A stretch of DNA of 64,000 nucleotides. Origin: Syntrophales bacterium (lineage in GTDB: Bacteria; Desulfobacterota; Syntrophia; Syntrophales; PHBD01). The DNA lies in contig DAOSEM010000001.1 in the NCBI GenBank assembly GCA_035363115.1, forward strand, positions 271,356-335,355, read 5' to 3'. A program made the translations under genes and the position numbers. The notes beneath the pieces were generated by a model that saw only the letters and a program-made list of their open reading frames with translations, was not told the DNA's origin and did not search any database. Every line of letters starts with the position of its first letter. The first letter of the stretch is position 1. Below, piece after piece: positions 29,196-40,812 of the stretch.

Positions 29196-30794
29196 TCATA
29201 CGCTGATCCGGGAGATCTTCCGGTTCAGGACGAAGTGGTCGAAGACGATCCGCGTCACGAAGACGGCGGTGAACATGCTGGCGATGATGCCGATGGTGAG
29301 CGTCACGGCAAAGCCCTTCACGGGACCGGTCCCGAAGCCGAACAGGAACAGGGCGGCGATGAGGGTCGTCACGTTCGAGTCGAGAATTGTCAGGAACGCC
29401 TTGCCGTAGCCCGCCTCGACGGCCATCTTGGGGGTCTTCCCGTTCCTCACCTCCTCGCGGATCCGCTCGAAGATGAGAACGTTGGCGTCCACGGCCATGC
29501 CGATGACGAGAACGATGCCGGCGATGCCCGGCAGGGTCAGCGTCGCCTTAAAGGCCGAGAGGGTCCCCATGAGGAGGATGATGTTGAGAATGACGGCGCT
29601 GTTGGCGATGACGCCGGCCCATTTGTAGTAGAAGCCCATGAACAGGACCACCAGGAGGCCGCCGATGGCGACGGACCAGAGCCCCTTGTTGATGGAGTCC
29701 TGGCCCAGGGACGGTCCCACGGTCCGCTCCTCCAGGATCACGACCGGCGCCGGCAGGGCACCCGCCCGAAGAACGATGGCCAGGTCCTTGGCCTCATCCA
29801 TGGTGAAGGTCCCCGTGATCTGGGCCTGGCCCCCGGAGATCTTCTCCTGGATGACCGGCGCCGAGTGGACAACGCCGTCCAGCACGATGGCGAGTCTCTT
29901 CTTGACGTTTTCCCCGGTGATCCGCTCGAATTCGTTGGCCCCCTGGCTGTTGAACTTGATGGCCACGTAAGGCTCGCCGAAGCGGTCGCTGATCTTGACC
30001 TGGGCGTTCTCCAGCGCCCCGCCCGTCAGGAGGGTCTTGTTCCGCACGAGATAGGGCACGTCGGTCCGGCGGCCCGATTCCGGCTCCACCTTGTAGCCGC
30101 GGAGGACCGCGCTTCCCTCGGGGACGTTGCCACGGAGGGCGTCGTCCAGGGAATGCTCCTCGTCGAGGAGCTTAAACTCCAGAAGCGCCGTCTTGCCGAT
30201 CAGGTTCTTCGCCCGGGCGGGGTCCTGGATCCCCGGAAGCTGGACGACGATCCGGTCGTCCCCCTGGGGCATGATTTCCGGTTCGGAGATGCCGAACTGG
30301 TCCACCCGGTTCCGGATGGTCTCCAGGCTCTGCTCGACGACAAACGTCTTCATCTCCGCGGCCCGCTTGTCCTTGATCTTCAGGGTCACCTGGTCGCGCC
30401 CTTCCCGGGTTTCCGATTTGGCCACCTCCAGATCGGGGTAGCTGTCCTTCAGGATCTTGTCGAAGGCCCCCCGGGAGGCCGGATCCGGCAGCTCCAGGCT
30501 GATGCCCGCCTTCGTCCGCTCGATGTTGCGGAAGCGGACGCGCTTGTCCATCAGGGTTTCCTTCAAGTCGTTGGACGTGCGTTCCATCGTGCTTTCAAGG
30601 GCTTTCGCGGTGTCCACCTCCAGGATGAGGTGCATTCCCCCCTGCAGGTCCAGCCCCAGGTGGATCCGGTCCGAGGGAAGATTTTTCTTCCAGAACTCGG
30701 GCAGGTCCGGAATCAGGGTCGGCGTCAGGTAAAACAGCGCCCCCAGGCAGATGACAACGGTAATGGCGACACGGATGCGGATGCTCTTGATCAT
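29196..30794 (-). CDS. secD: Protein translocase subunit SecD
   Basis: LGLDLQGGMHLILEVD, a large periplasmic domain, and a C-terminal TM bundle (GIVLVIGMAVDANVLIFERIREE). Confidence 0.93.
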   Translation of the reverse strand: MIKSIRIRVAITVVICLGALFYLTPTLIPDLPEFWKKNLPSDRIHLGLDLQGGMHLILEVDTAKALESTMERTSNDLKETLMDKRVRFRNIERTKAGISLELPDPASRGAFDKILKDSYPDLEVAKSETREGRDQVTLKIKDKRAAEMKTFVVEQSLETIRNRVDQFGISEPEIMPQGDDRIVVQLPGIQDPARAKNLIGKTALLEFKLLDEEHSLDDALRGNVPEGSAVLRGYKVEPESGRRTDVPYLVRNKTLLTGGALENAQVKISDRFGEPYVAIKFNSQGANEFERITGENVKKRLAIVLDGVVHSAPVIQEKISGGQAQITGTFTMDEAKDLAIVLRAGALPAPVVILEERTVGPSLGQDSINKGLWSVAIGGLLVVLFMGFYYKWAGVIANSAVILNIILLMGTLSAFKATLTLPGIAGIVLVIGMAVDANVLIFERIREEVRNGKTPKMAVEAGYGKAFLTILDSNVTTLIAALFLFGFGTGPVKGFAVTLTIGIIASMFTAVFVTRIVFDHFVLNRKISRISV

Positions 30795-30807
30795 GGCGAA
30801 CCCCTGG

Positions 30808-31137
30808 TTATTCCTTCGATTCCTTCCCGGCCTTCTGGAGGACGGTGCTGATGAAGCTCTTGCCCACCTTGATTCTCACCTTGTCGGCGATCTCCAGGGT
30901 CACGACGTTGTCCGCGACGGCGGTTATTTTCCCCTGGATCCCCCCCGAGGTCATGACCAGATCCCCGTGGGTCAGGCTGGCCAGCATGTCCTTGTGCTCT
31001 TTCTGCTGTTTCATCTGGGGCCGGATGAGCAGGAAGTAGAAGATGGCGAACAGGACGCCCATCATGACGATGAAGCTCCAGTCCCCTCCCGCGCCCCCGC
31101 CTCCGGGCATCCCCATGGCATATGCGGTTCCGATCAC
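30808..31137 (-). CDS. yajC: Preprotein translocase subunit YajC
   Basis: LLIRPQMKQQKEHKDMLASLTHGDLVMTSGGIQGKI matches the YajC signature (RPQ.K..KEH...L..GD.V.T.GG..G.I). Confidence 0.9.
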   Translation of the reverse strand: MIGTAYAMGMPGGGGAGGDWSFIVMMGVLFAIFYFLLIRPQMKQQKEHKDMLASLTHGDLVMTSGGIQGKITAVADNVVTLEIADKVRIKVGKSFISTVLQKAGKESKE

Positions 31138-31155
31138 GAAAATATCCTCCCTGAT

Positions 31156-32883
<1,728 letters not shown>

Positions 32884-32891
32884 GCGTATAT

Positions 32892-33932
32892 TCAGAGGAT
32901 CAGCATCGCATCCCCATAACTGTAAAACCGGAATCCGTCCTCCACGGCCCGGCGGTAGGCCGCCTTCATCCGTTCCGTCCCGGCGAAGGCGCAGACCAGG
33001 ATGAAGAGGGACGACCGGGGGAGGTGGAAGTTCGTCACCATGGCCCCGGTGCAGCGGAACCGGTGCCCCGGGCGGATGAACAGGTCCGTGTATCCCTCCC
33101 CGGCGGCCACCCGTCCGTTCTCGTCGGCCAGCGTCTCCAGTACCCGGGTGGAGGTCGTCCCGACGGCCACCACGCGCCGGGCATCGTTGATCAGGCGGGC
33201 CGTTTCCGAAGTCAGTTCGTAATGTTCCGCGTCCAGGCCGGCGTTTTCCAGCGGACCTTCCGGCAGCGGCTGGAAGGTCCCGTATCCCACGTGCAGGGTC
33301 AGTCGCGCCACGGGAATATTCTTTTTCTCCAGCTCCGCAAAGACCGCCGGGGTGAAGTGAAGGCCTGCCGTGGGGGCCGCCACGGAGCCGGGGGGACGGG
33401 CGTATACGGTCTGGTAGCGCTCCCGGTCATGCGCCGTTCCGGGATCGCCGGGATCCCGGCGGATGTAGGGCGGCAGGGGTGGCCGTCCGATCCTGTCCAG
33501 ATAGGCGTTGAAAGGCTCCCCGGCGTGAAACCGGACCCGCCACTTCTTGTCGGAAATGCGCTCGACGATCTCCGCGGCGGCCCCCTCCGGGAGGAGAATT
33601 CGGTCGCCCGGGCGCAGACGTCGCGCCGGCCGGAGGAGGGCCTCCCAGGTTCGTCCCTCCGGATCCGCTCCCGCCGGAAGCGGGAGAAGCAGGATCTCCA
33701 CGGCCCCCCCGGTTTCCCGCCGCCCGTTCAGCCGTGCCGGGATGACCCGCGAGTCGTTGACGACCAGGACGTCTCCTGGCTTAAGAAATTCCGGAAGGTC
33801 GGCGAAGACGCGCTCCTCCAGCCCGTCCCGATCCCGCCGGACCACCAGCAGGCGCGACCGGTCGCGCTCCGCCGCCGGCTCCTGGGCGATTCGCTCGGGG
33901 GGCAGGAAATAGTCGAAGACCGACGGATCCAT
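32892..33932 (-). CDS. queA: S-adenosylmethionine:tRNA ribosyltransferase-isomerase
   Basis: ORF 32892..34184 trimmed to MDPSVFDYFLPPERIAQEPAAERDRSRLLVV. Also VVNDSRVIPARL, HVGYGTFQP and NFHLPRSSL. Confidence 0.93.
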   Translation of the reverse strand: MDPSVFDYFLPPERIAQEPAAERDRSRLLVVRRDRDGLEERVFADLPEFLKPGDVLVVNDSRVIPARLNGRRETGGAVEILLLPLPAGADPEGRTWEALLRPARRLRPGDRILLPEGAAAEIVERISDKKWRVRFHAGEPFNAYLDRIGRPPLPPYIRRDPGDPGTAHDRERYQTVYARPPGSVAAPTAGLHFTPAVFAELEKKNIPVARLTLHVGYGTFQPLPEGPLENAGLDAEHYELTSETARLINDARRVVAVGTTSTRVLETLADENGRVAAGEGYTDLFIRPGHRFRCTGAMVTNFHLPRSSLFILVCAFAGTERMKAAYRRAVEDGFRFYSYGDAMLIL

Positions 33933-33934
33933 CC

Positions 33935-34138
33935 TTATTGCCTGCCGAGATAGACCAGGAGGAGCCCCATGACAATGGCCCCCAGGCCGAGGAACCGGAG
34001 CGTGCGTTCGGGGATTTCCAGGAGCTTCACCAGGTACTGCTTGATCTGCGCCGGAAAGGCGAAATAGGGCAGGCCCTCGACGATGAAGACCATCCCGAGG
34101 ACGCAGAGAAAGAATTCCATTCCGCTTGTCTGTTCCAT
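33935..34138 (-). CDS. DUF2065 (YjeT-like) small membrane protein
   Basis: 67 aa with two hydrophobic helices (FFLCVLGMVFIVEGLPYFAFP ... LGLGAIVMGLLLVYLG). The stop lies 2 nt before the queA start. Confidence 0.6.
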   Translation of the reverse strand: MEQTSGMEFFLCVLGMVFIVEGLPYFAFPAQIKQYLVKLLEIPERTLRFLGLGAIVMGLLLVYLGRQ

Positions 34139-34222
34139 CCGTCTTTATGCCTCGATGGGGCTGCCCGGCACGGGTCCCTGGCATGTCCCCCGCGTCTTCA
34201 TTTCATCTGCATCCGGACCCCG

Positions 34223-34651
34223 TCACGGGAGAAAACCCACCTTCCGCAGGGCTCGCAGGGTGTTGCGCGACACGGGCAGGGCCGCCAGATCCTCCGGGGA
34301 CAGCCAGCGGGCGTCCGCGGCGTCGTCGGCGCCCTGCACCCGGCCGGAGACGTACTCCCCGATGACGTCCACGATGACGTAGTGGAAGCGGATCCGTCCC
34401 TCCGCATCGCGCTCGAAGAAATCGAACGTGTAGACCGGTTCACCCGCCCGGATCACGATTCCCGTCTCCTCCAGGATCTCCCGCTCCGCTCCCGCCTGGA
34501 TCGTCTCGCCCAGCTCCAGGGATCCGCCGGGGATGGCCCAGAGGCCGCGGCTGGGGTCGATGCCCCGCTCTACGAGAAGAACCCTGCCTTCATGAATGAC
34601 GATGGCCCCCACGCCGACCCGGGGCCGATCGGGGTATTCCCTTCCGCTCAC
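34223..34651 (-). CDS. NUDIX hydrolase
   Basis: ORF trimmed to the GTG at 34649-34651, which forms a GTGA overlap with the upstream stop. Nudix box GGSLELGETIQAGAEREILEETGI. Confidence 0.85.
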   Translation of the reverse strand: MSGREYPDRPRVGVGAIVIHEGRVLLVERGIDPSRGLWAIPGGSLELGETIQAGAEREILEETGIVIRAGEPVYTFDFFERDAEGRIRFHYVIVDVIGEYVSGRVQGADDAADARWLSPEDLAALPVSRNTLRALRKVGFLP

Positions 34652-35421
34652 GGCGCTGCCTCCCGGGAAAAGGTGAACTTGGCCGTCGCCCCGGAATCGG
34701 GGGAGCCCCGGAAGGACCGCTCGATAAAGGTGATCCCGCCGCCGCGGTCCGTCATGAGGACGGTCGAGGAGCGGGTCCCGTAGGTCGGGCTCGCAATGAA
34801 CAGCGGCGACAGGATCCTCTCCCACTCGAGGCCGATCCCGGTTTCGGGGAGGTCCCCGTCGGGGGCCCGCTCCATGTCCGCGAGGAGCCGAAAGAGGGCC
34901 TCCGGGTCCGGTTCGGGATTCTGCTCCAGGAGGATTCGGAACGCCTCCCGGCCCCGGCGGATCTTGGGCCAGGGCGTGTCCAGGAGGGCGTTGGACAGCC
35001 CGTGGACGCCCGGGGGAACGGGGCCCGACGGCCCCCTGCCGGAGAGGTAGAAAAGCGAATCCGCATCGCCCAGGAACAGGTTGAAGGGATTGTATTCCGG
35101 TGCGCGGGGGGCAAGACGCTCCATGGCGGCTTGCGGGGATTCCGATCCCTCCAGGTATTCCCGGACCAGCCACCCCCGGGAGGGCCTTCCCGGCCGGATG
35201 GCCGCCGGATCGCGGAAGTTCGTCAGGGCCGCCCAGCGTCCCCGACGGGTCACGCCCAGCCAGGTCCCCCCTTCCTGGAGGTCCCGGCCGCCTAGAATGT
35301 CGGGCCGCTCTTCCCAGAAGTCCGCCGCCGCCGTCGGCCGGTCGTAGAACTCATCCCGGTTGGCCGCCAGGATCAGGGGATATTCGGGATGGGCCTGCCA
35401 GGCCAGGAGGATCAGGCACAT
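34648..35421 (-). CDS. NRDE family protein (TANGO2-like, formerly DUF833)
   Basis: ORF trimmed to MCLILLAWQAHPEYPLILAANRDEFYDRPT (N-terminal Cys2 and the eponymous NRDE motif). The start lies 1 nt after the sirtuin stop. Confidence 0.8.
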   Translation of the reverse strand: MCLILLAWQAHPEYPLILAANRDEFYDRPTAAADFWEERPDILGGRDLQEGGTWLGVTRRGRWAALTNFRDPAAIRPGRPSRGWLVREYLEGSESPQAAMERLAPRAPEYNPFNLFLGDADSLFYLSGRGPSGPVPPGVHGLSNALLDTPWPKIRRGREAFRILLEQNPEPDPEALFRLLADMERAPDGDLPETGIGLEWERILSPLFIASPTYGTRSSTVLMTDRGGGITFIERSFRGSPDSGATAKFTFSREAAP

Positions 35422-35422
35422 G

Positions 35423-36205
35423 TCAGGACAGCCCGGCCCGGACACCCGCCAGGATCTTTTCCATGGCATCCCCCGCACCCGCCTGGAGGACCAGGTCCGC
35501 GTCCATGTCGTAGGGGGTGGGCGCCATGTTGATGATGACGAGTTTTGCGCCGGCCTCCTTGGCATAGGCGGGCATGTAGGCCGCGGGGTAGACCACCAGG
35601 GAGGAGCCGATGACGATGAAGAGATCGCAGCTCCGGGCGTGCTCGGTGGCGTCCCGAAGGACCCGGGGAGGCAGCATCTCGCCGAAGAAAATCACGTCGG
35701 GCTTCAGGATGCCGCGGCACTTTTCGCAAACCGGAACATCGGAACCGCCCATGGACTGCCACAGGATCGACTCCAGGGCATAGCGCTCGCTGCAATCGAG
35801 GCACTTCACCCAGGCCATGTTGCCGTGAAGCTCGTAGACCCGTTCGGGGTTGTTTCCCGCCTTCTGGTGCAGGTTGTCCACGTTTTGCGTGATGACGGCC
35901 CGCAGCCGTCCCATCCGCTCCAGCTCCGCCACGGCCAGGTGCGCCCGGTTCGGCTCGGCGGCGGTGAAGAGGCCGCTCTCCAGGAGGAACCGCCACTGCT
36001 TCCGGCGGGTCTGCGGGCTGGAGAGGAATTTGTCGATGGTGAAGTCCTCGGGATCGAACTTCGTCCAGATCCCCCCGGGGCTCCGGAAGTCGGGGATCCC
36101 GGACTCGGTGCTCGCCCCGGCGCCGGTGAAGACGACGATATTGGACGACCGGGCGATCATCCCGGCCACGGCGTCGATCTGTTTCTCCAGGTTCGTCTCC
36201 GTCAT
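35423..36205 (-). CDS. cobB: NAD-dependent protein deacylase (sirtuin, CobB/Sir2 family)
   Basis: VVFTGAGASTESGIPDFRSPGGIW, TQNVDNLH, and a zinc ribbon (CLDCS ... CEKC). Confidence 0.9.
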   Translation of the reverse strand: MTETNLEKQIDAVAGMIARSSNIVVFTGAGASTESGIPDFRSPGGIWTKFDPEDFTIDKFLSSPQTRRKQWRFLLESGLFTAAEPNRAHLAVAELERMGRLRAVITQNVDNLHQKAGNNPERVYELHGNMAWVKCLDCSERYALESILWQSMGGSDVPVCEKCRGILKPDVIFFGEMLPPRVLRDATEHARSCDLFIVIGSSLVVYPAAYMPAYAKEAGAKLVIINMAPTPYDMDADLVLQAGAGDAMEKILAGVRAGLS

Positions 36206-36401
36206 GCTCGTTTCCCACCCTGTCTGGAAGTCGTTCCTCTGTATGGAGAAAGGCCGGCGATGTCAACGGGAAAGACGCCCACGAGGCGCCGCCACCGGGC
36301 CTGCGCGGCCGCCCCGGAGCTTTTTTTGTTTGTTTTTGCCCTGTGATTTGGTTAAGGATAATCGCTCCATTCGGGATTGGGGCTCTCCGGCAGAGGAAAC
36401 C

Positions 36402-37472
36402 ATGGCGAGACGCAGGATCAAGCGGTCGGCAAAGTCCGGCCTTCCCCCCGGAACGCTTGTGCACATCGGTGAGCGCCGCGTGGAGGAGCCGCGGATCACC
36501 CTGATCCGGTACGAGGGGGAGCATTTCGAGGAGCACTCCGTCACCGCCGGCCAGGTGGTCCTCCCGCCCCGGGATCAGGGAGGGGTTGCCTGGTACCACG
36601 TGGCGGGTCTGCACGATGTGAAGATCCTGGAGCGCCTGGGAGAGGTCTTCGGTCTCCATCCCCTGATCCTGGAGGACATCCTCAACACGGAGCAGCGCCC
36701 GAAGATCGACGACGGGGACGACTACATCTTCATCGTCCTGAAAGGCTTCATCAGCGCCGAGGAGCCCGGAGGGGACCTGGTTTCCGAGCAGATCAGCATC
36801 GTCCTGGGACCCAACTGGATCCTGTCCCTGCAGGAACGGGAGGGGAACCGTTTCAGCGCGCTCCGCGACCGGATCGCCGCCTGCCAGGGAAGGATCTGCC
36901 GCCACGGTCCCGATTACCTGGCCTACGCCCTCCTGGATCAGCTGGTGGACGGCTATTTCGCCATCCTGGAGCAGATGAGGGAGCGGATCGAGGAGGTGGA
37001 GGAAGCGGTCCTCGAGCGCCCCGTTCCGGCGACGCTGCACTCCCTTCTGCACCTGAAGCGGGAGGGGATGTTCCTCCGGAAATCCGTCTGGCCCCTGCGG
37101 GAGGTGCTGAGCCGCCTGGAGCGGCTGGAGTCGCCCCTGGTCCGTCCGTCCACGGGGATCTACCTGCGGGACGTGTACGATCACGTGATCCAGATCAACG
37201 ACGCCATCGACAACGACCGGGACATGCTCTCGGGCATGCTCGACATCTACCTGTCGAGCGTCAACAACCGGATGAACGAGATCATGAAGGTGCTGGCCGT
37301 CATCGCCACCATCTTCATGCCCATGACGTTCCTGGCCGGCGTGTACGGCATGAACTTCAAGCATTTCCCCGAGATCGAGTGGGCCTGGGGCTACCCTTAT
37401 CTCTTCTGGGGGCTGATTGTGGTGATGGGCCTGTCGATGTTCGTGTATTTCAGGAAGAAAAAGTGGATGTGA
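36402..37472 (+). CDS. corA: Magnesium/cobalt transporter CorA
   Basis: ORF 35850..37472 trimmed to MARRRIKRS, with GAGGAAAC upstream. C-terminal FMPMTFLAGVYGMNF signature and two TM helices. Confidence 0.92.
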   Translation: MARRRIKRSAKSGLPPGTLVHIGERRVEEPRITLIRYEGEHFEEHSVTAGQVVLPPRDQGGVAWYHVAGLHDVKILERLGEVFGLHPLILEDILNTEQRPKIDDGDDYIFIVLKGFISAEEPGGDLVSEQISIVLGPNWILSLQEREGNRFSALRDRIAACQGRICRHGPDYLAYALLDQLVDGYFAILEQMRERIEEVEEAVLERPVPATLHSLLHLKREGMFLRKSVWPLREVLSRLERLESPLVRPSTGIYLRDVYDHVIQINDAIDNDRDMLSGMLDIYLSSVNNRMNEIMKVLAVIATIFMPMTFLAGVYGMNFKHFPEIEWAWGYPYLFWGLIVVMGLSMFVYFRKKKWM

Positions 37473-37507
37473 AAAAATAAAAAAACAGAATCGAGGAGGT
37501 ATTTGCA

Positions 37508-37993
37508 ATGGGAAGCCTGTTTGATGCCACGGATATCGTTCAGTTCGCCGTCCGGGTCGAGGAGAACGGGGCGAATTTCTACCGGTTCGCCGTCCAGCTC
37601 ATGAAGGACGACGACGCGAAGAAGATTTTCGAAAGACTGGCCGAGGAGGAGCTGAAGCACGGGAAGACCTTTTCCCAGATCTTCGCCGCCATGGAAAAGA
37701 CCCCTCCGCCGCCGGAATCGTTCGCGGGGGAATACGCGGCATACCTGAGAAGCTATGTGGACAACGCCGTCATCTTCCGGAAGGATCTTCTCGACAAGGA
37801 GATGGCCCTGGTGAAGGACACCGTCTCGGCGCTGGATTTCGGGATCCGCCGGGAGCTCGACTCCATCAACTACTACCACGAGATCAAAGAACTCCTGGGC
37901 CCCGGAAACTACGACGCGGTCGACAAAATTATCGCCGAGGAGCGGAAGCATTTCTGCATCCTGACGGACCTGAAGGCGAAGTTTTCGAAGTAA
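37508..37993 (+). CDS. Ferritin-like (rubrerythrin-family) four-helix-bundle protein
   Basis: Paired E..H-type motifs (EEELKHGKTF, EERKHFCIL) and FAVRVEENGANFY, typical of rubrerythrin/ferritin-like domains. No rubredoxin Cys motifs. Confidence 0.65.
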   Translation: MGSLFDATDIVQFAVRVEENGANFYRFAVQLMKDDDAKKIFERLAEEELKHGKTFSQIFAAMEKTPPPPESFAGEYAAYLRSYVDNAVIFRKDLLDKEMALVKDTVSALDFGIRRELDSINYYHEIKELLGPGNYDAVDKIIAEERKHFCILTDLKAKFSK

Positions 37994-38069
37994 ATCCGGC
38001 ACGGATGCCCGGGGCGGTCCGTTCCGGGCATCCGTGTGAAGGAAAAAGGAAGGGGGAGAGATCGAACGC

Positions 38070-38750
38070 ATGGCCACGATGAACCTGACGAAGGAAGGGG
38101 CCGTCTTCGTCCTTACGATGACGAACGGCGCGGAACAGAACACCATGACCCTGGACTGGACCGCCGAATTCCAGGCCGCCCTGGACGAGGTCGCGGCGGC
38201 CGAGGGAAACGCGGCCCTCCTGGTTACAAGCAACGACCCGAAGTTCTGGAGCAACGGGATCAACCTGCCCTGGCTCCTCGCCCAGCCCAAGGACTGCTTC
38301 CCGAAACTGGCGAAGCAGCTCGACGACCTGTTCGTGCGGATCGCCCTCCTGGACATGCCCACGGTGGCCTGCCTCGTGGGGCACACCTTCGCCGGGGCGG
38401 CCGTCATGTCCACCTGCTTCGACTTCCGCCTCATGCGGGAGGACCGGGGCTTTTTCTGCTTCTCCGAGGTGGACGTCCGGGTGCCCTTCACGCCCCTGAT
38501 GCACGAGATGATTTCCACCCTCGCGGATTATCCCAGCCTCCGGGAGTTGATGCTGACGGGGAAGCGGATCGCCGGGCCCGAGGCGCTGGCCATGAAGGTC
38601 GCCTCGGCGATCTACCCGGGCGACGTCCTGCCGGCGAAGGCCATGGAACTTGCGGATTTCCTGTCCAAGAAGGACCGGGCGACCTACACCTCCATCAAGC
38701 GGGGCCTCCGGAAGGGGCTCATCGCCATGGTGGAGGCGCAGAAGAAATAG
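38070..38750 (+). CDS. Enoyl-CoA hydratase/isomerase (crotonase) family protein
   Basis: FVLTMTNGAEQNTMTLDW...LLVTSNDPKFWSNGINL...GHTFAGAAVMSTCFDFRLM is a crotonase-fold oxyanion-hole region. Confidence 0.75.
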   Translation: MATMNLTKEGAVFVLTMTNGAEQNTMTLDWTAEFQAALDEVAAAEGNAALLVTSNDPKFWSNGINLPWLLAQPKDCFPKLAKQLDDLFVRIALLDMPTVACLVGHTFAGAAVMSTCFDFRLMREDRGFFCFSEVDVRVPFTPLMHEMISTLADYPSLRELMLTGKRIAGPEALAMKVASAIYPGDVLPAKAMELADFLSKKDRATYTSIKRGLRKGLIAMVEAQKK

Positions 38751-38792
38751 ACACGGCCCCGGGGAGGGCACGGATGCTGCGGCAAAGGACGG

Positions 38793-40145
38793 GTGAGCGA
38801 CATGACCGGCCGGACGAACGACGACCACGTTTTCTACCGGAGCCCCGCGAAGTTCTACCCCACGGTGGAGCGGGGCGAAGGTGTCTACCTCTGGGACACG
38901 GACGGGAAACGATACCTTGACGGCTCCGGGGGAGCCGTGGTGGCCTCCATCGGCCACGGCATCCGGGAGATCGCCGCGGCCGCGGCGTCCCAGATGGAGA
39001 AGGTCACCTTCACCCACGGCAGCCAGTTCACGAGCCGTCCCGCCGTGGAGTTGGCGGAGCGCCTGGTGCGGATGGCGCCTCCCGGACTGGAGCGGGTCTA
39101 CTACTGCTCCATCGGCTCCGAGGCGGTGGAGACGGCCGTCAAGATGGCCCGGCAGTACCAGGTGGACCGGGGGAAGCCCTCGAAATACAAGGTCATCTCC
39201 CGCTGGACGAGCTTTCACGGGAATTCCCTGGGGGCCCTGTCCCTGGGAGGCCACACGGGACGGCGGAAGTATTACCTGCCCCTGTTCCCCCACACACCCC
39301 ACATCCCGCCGGCCTACTGCTACCGATGCCCCTGGGGCCGGGAGCCCGCTTCGTGCTCCCTGGAATGCGCCGACGAGCTGGAGCGGGCCATCCTGTACGA
39401 GGGACCCGACGCCGTGTCGGCCTTCATCGCCGAGCCCGTCGTCGGGGCGACCGCGGGCTGCCTGGTGCCGCGGGACGGCTATTTCCAGAGGATCCGGGAG
39501 ATCTGCGACCGCTACGACGTGCTCCTGATCGCCGACGAGGTCATGACCGGGGTCGGCCGGACGGGCAGGAACTTCGCCCTCGATCACTGGAACACCGTCC
39601 CGGACCTGATCGTCTGCGCCAAAGGGCTCTCGGCGGGCTACCATCCCGTCAACGTGGTCATCGCGAAGGGGGAGATCCACCGGGTCATCCGGGAGGCCAC
39701 GGGGACCTTCGTCCACGGCCACACCTACAGCCAGAACCCCCTGGGATGCGCCGTCGCCCTGGCGGTCCTCGACTACATGGACGCCCACGGCCTGGTGAAC
39801 CGGTCCGCCGTCCTGGGGGCGTATCTCCTGGAGAAGCTCCAGGTCCTCCGCCGGCACCCCATGGTCGGGGACATCCGCGGGCTGGGGCTCTTTGCCGGGG
39901 TGGAGCTGGTGAAGGACCGGGAGACGAAGGAGACCTTCGCCCCGGCGCAGAAGGTCAACGCCCTCGTCGGGAGCCGCGCCTTCGCGAAGGGCCTCATCAC
40001 CTATCCCGGCGGAGGCGGCGCCGACGGCGTCCACGGCGACCACATCCTCCTGGCGCCGCCCTTCATCATCACGGAGGCCCAGATCGACAACCTGGTCGCC
40101 ACGCTCGACGAGGCGATCGGGGAGGTGGCGGCGGAGCTCGGATAG
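38793..40145 (+). CDS. Class III (omega-) aminotransferase, PLP-dependent
   Basis: GEGVYLWDTDGKRYLDGSGGAVVASIGHG, LLIADEVMTGVGRTG and CAKGLSAGYHP (PLP lysine region). The start may be the ATG at 38802. Confidence 0.88.
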   Translation: MSDMTGRTNDDHVFYRSPAKFYPTVERGEGVYLWDTDGKRYLDGSGGAVVASIGHGIREIAAAAASQMEKVTFTHGSQFTSRPAVELAERLVRMAPPGLERVYYCSIGSEAVETAVKMARQYQVDRGKPSKYKVISRWTSFHGNSLGALSLGGHTGRRKYYLPLFPHTPHIPPAYCYRCPWGREPASCSLECADELERAILYEGPDAVSAFIAEPVVGATAGCLVPRDGYFQRIREICDRYDVLLIADEVMTGVGRTGRNFALDHWNTVPDLIVCAKGLSAGYHPVNVVIAKGEIHRVIREATGTFVHGHTYSQNPLGCAVALAVLDYMDAHGLVNRSAVLGAYLLEKLQVLRRHPMVGDIRGLGLFAGVELVKDRETKETFAPAQKVNALVGSRAFAKGLITYPGGGGADGVHGDHILLAPPFIITEAQIDNLVATLDEAIGEVAAELG

Positions 40146-40161
40146 CCGTCGGCTGCCCGGT

Positions 40162-40764
40162 TCAGGCCTTTCCGGCCGACGGTCCGTCCGCGGTCCTTGC
40201 ATAGGCGATCTGCCGGCCTCGGCGGGCGTATGCGTCCGCCAGGATGTCCTCCCGGCTGCGGAAGATGTCCGTCTCCTCGATTCCCAGCCCAACCAGCATG
40301 CGCCGTTCCATCTCCGGATGCGGTTCAGCGGTTCCGTCCGCCAGGATGTGCAGCACCTCGACTCCGCGCTCCTGGAGGCGGCGCGCCACGAGGATGCCCC
40401 GGTGGCAGTCCAGCGGATCTTTCTCCGCGCACATCAGGGCGATGCGATACGCCTCGATTCCCTTCATGACGCGCTCAATCCCCTGCCGGAACGATTCATC
40501 CCGGGCCAGCCGTTCGAAGCAGACCCGTCCGTCAAGGTAATGGGACGGGTTTTCGCTCCGCGCCCCGAGCTCGCGGCCGAGGAAGGCGTACGCGACGCCC
40601 GCTTCCTGCAGTTTCCGCTGGATCTCGCTCTTGTTGAACCGGGGAACGTGGCGGCTGTAGGGCCGGGAGCGGACATCCGCCACGGCGTCGATGCGGTGCC
40701 GCTCCAGCAGGAGGAGAAATTCCTCCCAGGTGTGGTTCGAGTGGCCGACGGTGTAGACCTTCAT
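40162..40764 (-). CDS. DUF488 family protein
   Basis: MKVYTVGHSNHTWEEFLLLLERHRIDAVADVRSRPYSRHVPRFN...LMCAEKDPLDCHR is the typical DUF488 pattern (assignment from memory). Confidence 0.7.
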   Translation of the reverse strand: MKVYTVGHSNHTWEEFLLLLERHRIDAVADVRSRPYSRHVPRFNKSEIQRKLQEAGVAYAFLGRELGARSENPSHYLDGRVCFERLARDESFRQGIERVMKGIEAYRIALMCAEKDPLDCHRGILVARRLQERGVEVLHILADGTAEPHPEMERRMLVGLGIEETDIFRSREDILADAYARRGRQIAYARTADGPSAGKA

Positions 40765-40812
40765 GATCGACCGGCCCGCTGCGCCGGAGGAGCAAAGAGA
40801 TGCCGTCCCATG

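Noticed and set aside
35423-36205. SIR2-domain protein next to a NUDIX gene as a possible anti-phage NADase defence system (Thoeris/DSR-like)
   Set aside because: The protein is short (260 aa). It has the full deacylase motif set and a Cys4 zinc ribbon typical of housekeeping CobB sirtuins. It lacks the sensor or effector extensions, and the TIR, HerA or helicase partners, of defence SIR2 proteins.
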